DNA of 38,027 bases from Archaeoglobaceae archaeon (lineage in GTDB: Archaea; Halobacteriota; Archaeoglobi; Archaeoglobales; JdFR-42), in contig WAJW01000185.1 of assembly GCA_015523685.1 (NCBI GenBank), positions 1-38,027 on the forward strand, given 5' to 3'. This document shows positions 26,550 to 34,362 of this stretch, one piece after another (within the stretch, counting starts at the first letter, position 1; each line of letters starts with the position of its first letter). Below the pieces are notes generated by a model. The model was not told the DNA's origin. It ran no database searches and was given only the letters and a program-made list of their open reading frames with translations. Made by a program: the position numbers and the translations under genes.

Positions 26550-27502
26550 TCATACCATTCGAGTTTGAATACTTCAGGCCTTCAAGTATCAGGGAGGCGG
26601 TTGATCTCCTCTCAGAGGAGGATTCCATACCCATTGGAGGAGGCACGGATCTCGTTCCGATGTTCAAGGATGCTCTTATAAAACCCGGGAAGGTTGTTAG
26701 CCTGAAAAATATTCCTGAAACTCACGGAATTGAATTTGATGGAGAGAGACTTTCAATCGGTTCAGCGGTAACCCTTACAGAAATTGCTGAGAACGGTGTA
26801 ATCAGGGAACATTTCAACTCAATAGCGACAACCGCAAGGAATGTTGCCTCACCTCAGATCCGGAATCTGGGAACCATAGGGGGAAATTTATGCCAGAATC
26901 TGAGATGCCCGTACTACAGGCTCGGTTATCCGTGCCATAAAAATGGAGGCAAGAAATGCTTTGCCATTGGAGGAGAGAGTAGATGGCACTCCATTTTTGG
27001 AGGGAAAAAATGCTTTGCTGTAAACCCTTCAGATATGGCAACAATACTCATTGCCCATGGAGCCGTCCTTGAGATAGCGGGCAGAAATGACACAATTCCT
27101 TTAGAGGAGCTCTATGAAGGCCCAGGAGAACTCTCATTAAAAAAAGGGGAAATAATAACCCGAATTTATCTGGAAAGGAGAGAGAATTCGAAAGCCATCT
27201 TTATGAAGTTCAGACTAAGGGGATCAATTGACTTTGCCCTTGTCAGCACGGGTATAAGGATTGACTTTGATGGGAATGAGATTGAAGATGCATCCATAAT
27301 TCTGGGCAGTGTGTATGGCACACCATACAGGGCAATAAATTCGGAGGAGTTTCTGAAAGGAAATACTCTGACGGACACAGCGATTACAAAAGCCTCGGAA
27401 CTGGCTGTTGAAGGGGCGAAACCCCTCAAAAAGAATAAATACAAGGTTAAAATTGCAAAAACTCTCGTTAAGAGGGGGCTCGAAACTCTCAGAGGTGGAT
27501 GA
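26546..27502 (+). CDS. molybdenum hydroxylase FAD-binding medium subunit with Cys-rich (HcrB/PaoB-type, putative [4Fe-4S]) insertion
   Basis: GGGTDLVP and GTIGGNL FAD motifs, then CQNLRCPYYRLGYPCHKNGGKKCFAIGGESRWHSIFGGKKCFAVNPSD. ATGA overlap with the large-subunit stop. Confidence 0.88.
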   Translation: MIIPFEFEYFRPSSIREAVDLLSEEDSIPIGGGTDLVPMFKDALIKPGKVVSLKNIPETHGIEFDGERLSIGSAVTLTEIAENGVIREHFNSIATTARNVASPQIRNLGTIGGNLCQNLRCPYYRLGYPCHKNGGKKCFAIGGESRWHSIFGGKKCFAVNPSDMATILIAHGAVLEIAGRNDTIPLEELYEGPGELSLKKGEIITRIYLERRENSKAIFMKFRLRGSIDFALVSTGIRIDFDGNEIEDASIILGSVYGTPYRAINSEEFLKGNTLTDTAITKASELAVEGAKPLKKNKYKVKIAKTLVKRGLETLRGG

Positions 27503-27503
27503 G

Positions 27504-29075
27504 ATGAAAATAGACTCTTTCATACCCTACGAACTTCAGCCTACCCTCGTTTTTCCCCTTCCTGAAATTCAGTATCCTCCTCAAATAAATGTATGCAATG
27601 AACTGGTTGACAGAAATGTGGAGAGGGGTCTGGGTGATAAACCTGCGGTCATATCGGATGAGGGAGTAATAACCTACAGGGAACTGCAGAATGAGATTTC
27701 ACGGATTTCCGGGGGATTAATTGACGCTGGAATAGGGGAAGGAGATAGGGTCCTTATCAGGGGGATGAATCGCCCTGAAACCCTCATATCCATTCTGGCG
27801 GTAATGAGATGTGGGGCTATAGCTGTACCAACGATGCATCTCCTCAGAGAGGGTGAGCTTGAAAAAATAGCAAAGGACTGTGAGCCGAAAATGGCCATTG
27901 TTCAGAGCGGTCTGGAGAGGGAGATTGAAAGAATCGATTACGAATTCAGAGAAATAATCCAATTTCCTGAATCAGAAAGACACTCGTCTCTGAAAGACCT
28001 GAGAGGTGAAAAAACCAGGGCGGTTTCAACGGAGAGGGATGATATTGCCCTGATGCTCTACACCTCGGGAACAACCGGAACTCCAAAGGGTGTGATACAT
28101 ACCCATGAATCAATACTGAGTGCTGCAGACACCTTCAGCAGATATGCCTTTTCTCCCGATGAAAGGGACATATTCACGGGACACCCATCAATGGCCTTTG
28201 CCTACTGTTTTGCCGGACTCATCGTTTACCCTCTCCGGGCTGGAGCTTCGACCGCCCCCATGGAAGAATTCCACCCCGACAGAACCCTTGACATCATAGA
28301 GGATTATCAGGCAACTATATTTTTTACCGTTCCAACAGCCATCAATCTAATCCTCCAGAATGAAACGGATGAGCACAGCCTTGAGAGTCTGAGAGCAGTT
28401 TCGAGTGCCGGAGAGAAACTCCCTCCTGCAATCCTGAGAAAATGGATGGAGAGATTCAATGTGCCCATAGTCGAAAACATGGGAACCTCGGAAATCCTCG
28501 CGAGTTTCATCTCGAACAGGGTGGATGAAATAAAGGAGGGATCATGTGGCAGACCTGTTCCGGGTTATGAAGTGAGAATAATGGACGATAATATGAGAGA
28601 GGTGAAGAGAGGAGAGATCGGGTACATGTTTGTGAGAGGTCCCACAGGCGCAAGATACTGGAAGAGAAATGAAGAACAGAAAAAGTACGTGAAACGTGGA
28701 TGGACATATACCGGTGATCTGGCATGGATGGATGAGGATGGCCACATATACTACGTTGCAAGGGTGGACGATGTCATAATATCTTCGGGATACAGAATCA
28801 CATCCCAGGAAGTGGAGAATATCCTGCTTGAACATCCAGCGGTTAAGGAAGTTGCTGTTACGGGAGTTAAGGACGAGAAGAGGGGTCAGGTTCCCAAGGC
28901 GTTTGTTGTTCTTAAAGATGAAGTTGCCCCGGAAGAATCACTGAAAGAAGAGCTGAAAAACTTTGCTAAATCGAAGCTCGCTCCATATAAATATCCGAGA
29001 CAGATCGAGTTTTTAAAGGAATTACCCAAAACCCCAACGGGAAAGATAAAAAGGAGAGAGCTAAGGAACAGATGA
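27504..29075 (+). CDS. aryl-CoA ligase (benzoate / 4-hydroxybenzoate-CoA ligase-like AMP-dependent synthetase)
   Basis: N-terminus NVCNELVDRNVERGLGDKPAV and AMP motif LMLYTSGTTGTPKGVIHTH. The C-terminus KLAPYKYPRQIEFLKELPKTPTGKIKRRELR resembles aromatic-acid CoA ligases. Start at 27504, 1 nt after the upstream stop. The ORF-track start 27408 lies inside the FAD subunit gene. Confidence 0.8.
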   Translation: MKIDSFIPYELQPTLVFPLPEIQYPPQINVCNELVDRNVERGLGDKPAVISDEGVITYRELQNEISRISGGLIDAGIGEGDRVLIRGMNRPETLISILAVMRCGAIAVPTMHLLREGELEKIAKDCEPKMAIVQSGLEREIERIDYEFREIIQFPESERHSSLKDLRGEKTRAVSTERDDIALMLYTSGTTGTPKGVIHTHESILSAADTFSRYAFSPDERDIFTGHPSMAFAYCFAGLIVYPLRAGASTAPMEEFHPDRTLDIIEDYQATIFFTVPTAINLILQNETDEHSLESLRAVSSAGEKLPPAILRKWMERFNVPIVENMGTSEILASFISNRVDEIKEGSCGRPVPGYEVRIMDDNMREVKRGEIGYMFVRGPTGARYWKRNEEQKKYVKRGWTYTGDLAWMDEDGHIYYVARVDDVIISSGYRITSQEVENILLEHPAVKEVAVTGVKDEKRGQVPKAFVVLKDEVAPEESLKEELKNFAKSKLAPYKYPRQIEFLKELPKTPTGKIKRRELRNR

Positions 29076-29641
29076 TCAGGGCGGTCATACTTGCCTCCGG
29101 GAAATCAGAACGATTCGGCGGTGTGAAGCTTCTTGAAAGATTTCGTGGAAGACCTCTCATAGAGATATGCCTCAATTCATTTTTGAAAACAGGAGTAAAA
29201 GGAGTCGTTGTAACACACAACCCTGCAATCTCGGATATATCCACAAAGATGGGTTTCAGAACAGTTCCTGGAGGGGTATCGCTGAGTGAAAGTCTCAAAT
29301 CAGGTTTAAAATCAGTTGACTGGAGTGAGGGGATACTCATCCATCTCGCCGACATACCCTTTGTAAGACCGGAGACAATTAAGAATCTGATTGATGCATT
29401 CTCCAGCAGTCCTGATAAAATTTTGATCCCCCGCTACAACGGTGCTCCCGGACATCCGAGGATATTTCCTCCAGAATTGATTCCAGAATTTTTCAGTATA
29501 ACAGGTGACAGGGGAGGAAGAGATATAGTGGACAGACATTCAGAAAAGGTGAGAAGATTTGACTGCAATGATCCGGGTGTGATTTACGATATAGATACGA
29601 GAGAACAGCTGGAGAGGGCGTACAGCCTGTTCAGGATATGA
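29072..29641 (+). CDS. mocA: MobA-like NTP transferase, molybdenum cofactor cytidylyltransferase type
   Basis: AVILASGKSERFGG.KLL, LADIPFV, GAPGHPRIFP, GDRGGRDIV and DIDTREQLE match the MocA pattern. ATGA overlap with the ligase stop. Confidence 0.75.
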   Translation: MIRAVILASGKSERFGGVKLLERFRGRPLIEICLNSFLKTGVKGVVVTHNPAISDISTKMGFRTVPGGVSLSESLKSGLKSVDWSEGILIHLADIPFVRPETIKNLIDAFSSSPDKILIPRYNGAPGHPRIFPPELIPEFFSITGDRGGRDIVDRHSEKVRRFDCNDPGVIYDIDTREQLERAYSLFRI

Positions 29642-29643
29642 TT

Positions 29644-30456
29644 TCAGTACAGGATTCCTGCCCCTCTCCCCAGATACATCACGGCCTCAAGGACGCCTCC
29701 CGCAACCGCCCTTGATTTATCGGAGATGGTGAAACAGTACTCCCTGTTGCCTCTCGGATCGACATCACCGATCTTCATCCCCCTTCTCACCCTGATTCCC
29801 GGTCTGATCAGACCTCTCAAGACTCCATCAATCTCTGATACGACATCAATTCCGGAAACCCTGCCGACAACATCTCCCTTCTTCACATGATCCCCTATTT
29901 TTCTTTCAGATCTGAAGATTCCATCTGCTGGAGCTCTGAGCACTCTTTCAACTGTGTATCCTCCGATATTACCCGGAATACCCGTGTTCTCCTCTGCCGA
30001 GCCTTCAAGAATCACCCTCCCGAGATTATGACCCCTGTTGGTTTCTATCACAGCATGGACATCCTTTCCCGCTCTGAAACCCGGTCCAAGAGCAATCACA
30101 ACGGGAGCATCGTTTATTGCTGTTCCCGTGTTCCTCTTTGCCATTATAGCATCAACCACCACTTCAGGATTCAGAATTTTTACAGTACTTCCGGAAGGAT
30201 CGGCAATTACGGGAATACCACCCCTCTCCCACACATTCCTGAATTCACTCACTTCCGAAACACGATATGCAGTAATCCCCTCCACCTCCTTCATCCCATC
30301 GTAAATCGCTTCACTGAAGGATACCTCTCTGCGAATGGAGGTTGGATACGGGGCTTCTGTAATACACACCCTGAAACCCGCTCTTGCAAGCCTCCACGCA
30401 ACCCCCGTTCCCAGATCTCCACCACCCTTTATCAGGACTCTTATATCCCCGATCAT
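29644..30456 (-). CDS. YqeB/EF2563-like selenium-dependent molybdenum hydroxylase system accessory protein (family call from memory)
   Basis: IRVLIKGGGDLGTGVAWRLARAGFRV...IRREVSFSEAIYDG...RGHNLGRVILEGSAEENTGIPGNIGGYTVERVLRAPADGIF...GDVDPRG...ISDKSRAVAGGVLEAV. Start at 30456. The 77 upstream codons of the ORF-track call are low-complexity and overlap xdhC. Confidence 0.6.
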   Translation of the reverse strand: MIGDIRVLIKGGGDLGTGVAWRLARAGFRVCITEAPYPTSIRREVSFSEAIYDGMKEVEGITAYRVSEVSEFRNVWERGGIPVIADPSGSTVKILNPEVVVDAIMAKRNTGTAINDAPVVIALGPGFRAGKDVHAVIETNRGHNLGRVILEGSAEENTGIPGNIGGYTVERVLRAPADGIFRSERKIGDHVKKGDVVGRVSGIDVVSEIDGVLRGLIRPGIRVRRGMKIGDVDPRGNREYCFTISDKSRAVAGGVLEAVMYLGRGAGILY

Positions 30457-30466
30457 TGAACAAGAG

Positions 30467-30488
30467 TTAAATATCCCATCAATATAAA
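30467..30488. promoter_or_regulatory. back-to-back TATA-like boxes in the 44-nt divergent gap (candidate crossed leaderless promoters)
   Basis: TTAAATAT (30467-30474) is centred about 30 nt from the xdhC ATG (30501). AATATAAA (30481-30488, TTTATATT on the minus strand) is centred about 28 nt from the yqeB-like ATG (30456). Confidence 0.4.
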
Positions 30489-30500
30489 CTCTCTCCCGTA

Positions 30501-31508
30501 ATGATATACCAGGAGCTTGAGAGATTTGTGGATAAAAAAATACCGTTTGCACTTGTAGCTGTGATTGAAAAGAGGGGCTCAGGACCCGTTTCAATGGATT
30601 CAAGGATGGCTGTAACCTTTGATGATTCAATTGGCACGGTTGGTGGAGGGGTTCTGGAGGCAAGGGCAAAAGAGAGGGCAGTTTCATGCCTTGAGAATGG
30701 CAGTTCGGAGGTCATCCAGTTCGTTCTCAGAGAAGATGGAAATGTGGATCTCATATGCGGAGGGGAGGTGAAGTTGTTCATCAAACCTTTCCTTCCTGAA
30801 AATCCGGATTATAGACTGATGGAGAAGGCCATCAGATTCTCAAAACAGGGTACTGATGTCTGTATGGGATTTGTGATCTCTCCCTTTGAGGGAGTTTATC
30901 TCCACACCGGGAGTACTGGAGAGGATCTGGGTATTCCCGAAGGTATCAAAGAAAGAATTAAGGAGTTGTGTGAGCAAACTGCAATTGAAGGGAAGAGCAG
31001 ATTTTTTAAAAATGAATTTTCCGCATTCATTGAGTATATATCCAGAAAGCCCATGCTTGTCCTTTTTGGGGGAGGGCATGTCAGTTATTATCTTTCAAAA
31101 ATTGCCTCCCTGAATGGCTTTTCCATCACGGTGATTGACGACAGGCCCGAATATGCGAACAGGGAGAGGTTTCCCGAAGCTGAAAGGGTTATTGCAGGCG
31201 ATTATGGGGAGGTGACCGATAGTCTCACACTGGATGGCAATACATACATTGTCATACAGACGAGAGGTCATGAAATTGATAAAGAAGTCCTGAAAAGAGT
31301 TATCAATTCAAATGCAGTGTATATAAGTATGATAGGGAGCAGAAGAAAGGTCAACCTGATTTTCAGGAGGCTGAGAGAGGAGGGCATCCCTGAAGATTTG
31401 CTAAGGAGGGTCAGAGCTCCGGTTGGGCTCGATATAGGATCTGAAACACCACCGGAAATAGCCGTCAGCATAATGGCCCAGATAATTATGGAAAGACGGA
31501 AAAAATAA
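30501..31508 (+). CDS. xdhC: XdhC/CoxI family molybdenum cofactor insertion chaperone
   Basis: N-terminal XdhC_CoxI domain (ALVAVIEKRGSGPVSMDSRMAV...VGGGVLEA). C-terminal Rossmann domain (VLFGGGHVSYYL...IVIQTRGHEIDKEVL...MIGSRRK...VRAPVGLDIGSETPPEIAVSI). Confidence 0.82.
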   Translation: MIYQELERFVDKKIPFALVAVIEKRGSGPVSMDSRMAVTFDDSIGTVGGGVLEARAKERAVSCLENGSSEVIQFVLREDGNVDLICGGEVKLFIKPFLPENPDYRLMEKAIRFSKQGTDVCMGFVISPFEGVYLHTGSTGEDLGIPEGIKERIKELCEQTAIEGKSRFFKNEFSAFIEYISRKPMLVLFGGGHVSYYLSKIASLNGFSITVIDDRPEYANRERFPEAERVIAGDYGEVTDSLTLDGNTYIVIQTRGHEIDKEVLKRVINSNAVYISMIGSRRKVNLIFRRLREEGIPEDLLRRVRAPVGLDIGSETPPEIAVSIMAQIIMERRKK

Positions 31509-31523
31509 TTCTATCACTGTAAA

Positions 31524-31547
31524 ACAATCTTTAATACAATCTTTAAT
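31524..31547 (+). repeat. perfect tandem direct repeat 2 x ACAATCTTTAAT upstream of the ABC transporter operon (candidate regulator binding site)
   Basis: Read directly. Copies are at 31524-31535 and 31536-31547. It lies upstream of AT-rich TATA-like stretches (31557-31569, 31581-31594) and the ATG at 31612. Confidence 0.5.
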
Positions 31548-31611
31548 TCGAAAATTATTTTAATATCTTTGTCAATCATTTACAATAATAAATTGAGATG
31601 GAGTGATTGAG

Positions 31612-32880
31612 ATGTTGAAAAAACCTGTAACAAGGAGGGATTTTGTAAAGGGTGTTGCTGTGGGAGGTTCTCTGATTATTGGAAGCTCACTGCTTGGATG
31701 TGCGGAGAAAAAACCCACGCCTACTCCAACTCCGGGAGAGACACCCAAGCCTACCCCAACCGCACCGAAAAAACCCATAAAGATAGGAGCTCTTGAGCCG
31801 TTGAGCGGTCCTTTTGCGTCGTGGGGTGATCCCCATCTTAAAGGGCTCAAAATGGCGGTTGAAGAGATCAATTCCGCGGGAGGTGTGCTTGGAACCAAAC
31901 TTGAGGTGGTTGAAAGGGATACAAAGAACAACCCGAGTGAGGCAGCAACAACTGTTGAAGAGCTGGCATATCAGGAGGGTGTGGTTGCAATAACCGGAAT
32001 TGTCTCAAGCGGTGTGGGTCTTGCAACTGGCAAGAAGGCCGAGGAAGTTAAGGTTCCATTATTCCTCCATATGGCTGGAAGCGATGCAATACTTACAAAA
32101 AACAGCAGGTATACCTTCAGAACTGCTCTTTCTCCCGCTCCTGCTCTAATGCAGGCGTTTGCAGAATTCATCAAGAATCAGGGATTCAAGAGAGTCGGAG
32201 CGGTGATTGCCGATTATGCATGGGGTCATGCATGTGAAAAGGCGATAAACAAATACATCGTTCCTCTGGAGGGTGTGGAAGTGCATATGGAGGTTGCACC
32301 GGTCAAAGAGACAGATTTCACCTCCTACCTGAGAAAACTCCAGGAATTCAATCCTGAATTCATCATTGCAACATCCCATCCACCGGGAACGGCAAAGATA
32401 GTAAAGCAGGGCATGGAGCTTGGACTAAACGCGAAATATATAGGGCCTAATTTCTCAAAGAAGATATGGGAGTCTGCTATCGGTGAAAAACTGACCCAGG
32501 GTGTTCTGGATATATCTCCAGTCAACTATGAGCATCCAGCATTTACGGAGCTTGGCAAAAAATTCGTGGCAAAGTACAATGAAGACCTTGACTTTGCGGG
32601 AGTTACAGGATACGTCAACGCATATCAGATAGCAGATGCAATCAAACGGGCAAATTCAAGCGATCCCAAGGATGTTGCAACCGCAATAAGAACAGGCTCA
32701 TTCAAAATGGATCCGTTCGCATACCCGCTTTCATACACAGAGTGGGGAGACCTGAAGGAGGCGAGAGAGGTCATAGTTTCATTTGCAAAAGGAGGGCCTT
32801 CATTCTACCCGAGTGCCCTGACCCACTTCCAGGTGGAATTCATAACGCCACCATTAACTCCACCCGAACCGTCAGCGTAA
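31612..32880 (+). CDS. ABC transporter substrate-binding protein (LivK/type I periplasmic binding fold) with Tat signal, lipobox and Pro/Thr linker
   Basis: MLKKPVTRRDFVKGVAVGGSLIIGSSLLGC, then AEKKPTPTPTPGETPKPTPTAPKKP, then IKIGALEPLSGPFASWG, typical of Leu/Ile/Val-binding-family proteins. GGAGTG SD upstream of the ATG at 31612. The ORF-track GTG is at 31603. Confidence 0.85.
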   Translation: MLKKPVTRRDFVKGVAVGGSLIIGSSLLGCAEKKPTPTPTPGETPKPTPTAPKKPIKIGALEPLSGPFASWGDPHLKGLKMAVEEINSAGGVLGTKLEVVERDTKNNPSEAATTVEELAYQEGVVAITGIVSSGVGLATGKKAEEVKVPLFLHMAGSDAILTKNSRYTFRTALSPAPALMQAFAEFIKNQGFKRVGAVIADYAWGHACEKAINKYIVPLEGVEVHMEVAPVKETDFTSYLRKLQEFNPEFIIATSHPPGTAKIVKQGMELGLNAKYIGPNFSKKIWESAIGEKLTQGVLDISPVNYEHPAFTELGKKFVAKYNEDLDFAGVTGYVNAYQIADAIKRANSSDPKDVATAIRTGSFKMDPFAYPLSYTEWGDLKEAREVIVSFAKGGPSFYPSALTHFQVEFITPPLTPPEPSA

Positions 32881-32914
32881 CTGATAAATGTGAGGACACT
32901 GGAGTCTTTACCGC

Positions 32915-33631
32915 ATGGAAGCACTGCTTAAATGCACCGACATATGGAAATCATTTGGAGGGTTTACCGCCCTCAAAGGCGTGAACATAGAGGTTTTCAG
33001 CGGAGAGATAGTGGGTCTTATCGGCCCCAATGGAGCGGGGAAGACAACCCTGCTCAATTTAATCAACGGGGTGCTCAAACCTACAAAGGGTAAGGTGGAA
33101 TTTGAAGGCAGGATCATAAGTGGTAAAAAACCCCACGTTATCTGCAGACTCGGGATCGGAAGGGTTTTCCAGATCCCCCGTCCTTTTTTTGAAATGAGCT
33201 GTATTGAGAACGTTGTTACAGCACTGCTTTTCAACGATGTGAGGGACAGAGGTGAGGCTGAAGAGAGGGCTATGGAACTTCTGGAGTTTGTCGGGATATC
33301 CGATCCTCAGGCGACTCCGGATGAGATAACACTTCAGGATAAGAGAAGACTTGAGATGGCAAGAGCTCTTGCAACCAATCCAAGACTGATACTTGTGGAT
33401 GAATACATGGCCGGATTGAACATAGGAGAGATAGAAGATGCACTCAACCTCTTCAAAAAGATAAGGGATGATCTTGGCATAACCATCCTCTGGGTTGAGC
33501 ACGTGATGCATGCCATAATGAAGCTGGCTGACAGGATTGTCGTGCTTGATCACGGAACAAAAATCGCCGAAGGAAAACCCGAGGAGATCGTGAAGGATAA
33601 GAAGGTTATTGAGGCATATCTTGGTGGATGA
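32915..33631 (+). CDS. livG: ABC transporter ATP-binding protein, LivG type
   Basis: Walker A GPNGAGKTT, RTFQ-like GRVFQ, signature-like LQDKRRLEMARAL and Walker B LILVDEYMAGL. Confidence 0.88.
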   Translation: MEALLKCTDIWKSFGGFTALKGVNIEVFSGEIVGLIGPNGAGKTTLLNLINGVLKPTKGKVEFEGRIISGKKPHVICRLGIGRVFQIPRPFFEMSCIENVVTALLFNDVRDRGEAEERAMELLEFVGISDPQATPDEITLQDKRRLEMARALATNPRLILVDEYMAGLNIGEIEDALNLFKKIRDDLGITILWVEHVMHAIMKLADRIVVLDHGTKIAEGKPEEIVKDKKVIEAYLGG

Positions 33632-33645
33632 AAGGGGGCAATTGA

Positions 33646-34362
33646 TTGGAAAAGATACTATCGGTAAATGATCTGTATGCGGGCTACAGGGGATTGAACA
33701 TACTCTGGGGTGTCAACATTGAGGTCAGAAAGAACGAGGTTGTTTCTATCATCGGCCCCAATGGAGCGGGGAAGACAACCCTCCTTAAAGCCATCTCCGG
33801 ACTCGTAATTCCATCCAGGGGAGAGAGAAGATTCAATGACAGGGAAATCAACAGCTTCAAGCCCCATACCAGAGTGGACATGGGTCTGACGTTCGTACCA
33901 AGCGAGAGAGAGCTCTTTCCCGAGCTGACAGTTGAGGAGAACCTTGAACTTGGAGCCTACACAAGAAGAGCAAGGAAAAACATGACAAGATCGCTCGAAC
34001 AGATTTACGAGTTTTTTCCACGACTTGAGGAGAGGAGAGATCAGCCAGCCGGAACCCTCAGTGGTGGAGAACAGCAGATGCTTGCAATCGCAAGGGCCCT
34101 GATGTCCTCTCCCGATCTGATTTTACTGGACGAGCCCTCGACGGGCCTGTCACCCATTGCGACAATAACAATATATGAAAAACTCAAGGAACTCACCTCA
34201 AGGCTTTCACTTCTGATAGCAGAACAGAACGTACACCAGGCATTTGAGATAGCTGACAGAATCTACGTGCTGGAGAACGGGAGAATAGTGGCTGAGGGAG
34301 AACCATCGGAACTCTCTGAAGACGGCCTTATAAAATCAGCCTATTTCGGAGTGAGAGAATGA
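33646..34362 (+). CDS. livF: ABC transporter ATP-binding protein, LivF type
   Basis: TTG start. Walker A GPNGAGKTT, LSGGEQQMLAIARAL and LILLDEPSTGLSP. Confidence 0.88.
   Translation: MEKILSVNDLYAGYRGLNILWGVNIEVRKNEVVSIIGPNGAGKTTLLKAISGLVIPSRGERRFNDREINSFKPHTRVDMGLTFVPSERELFPELTVEENLELGAYTRRARKNMTRSLEQIYEFFPRLEERRDQPAGTLSGGEQQMLAIARALMSSPDLILLDEPSTGLSPIATITIYEKLKELTSRLSLLIAEQNVHQAFEIADRIYVLENGRIVAEGEPSELSEDGLIKSAYFGVRE

Noticed and set aside
27408-27503. Long start of the CoA ligase overlapping the FAD subunit gene by 95 nt.
   Set aside because: The extension is Lys/Arg-rich with no ligase similarity. The ATG at 27504 lies 1 nt after the upstream stop and precedes the typical ligase N-terminus.
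30457-30687. N-terminal 77 codons of the ORF-track call 29644..30687 (MKLPSLLPLPPEPLHQ...).
   Set aside because: It is low-complexity Pro/Leu/Gln sequence that runs through the divergent promoter and into xdhC on the opposite strand. The family-like sequence begins right after the internal ATG at 30456.
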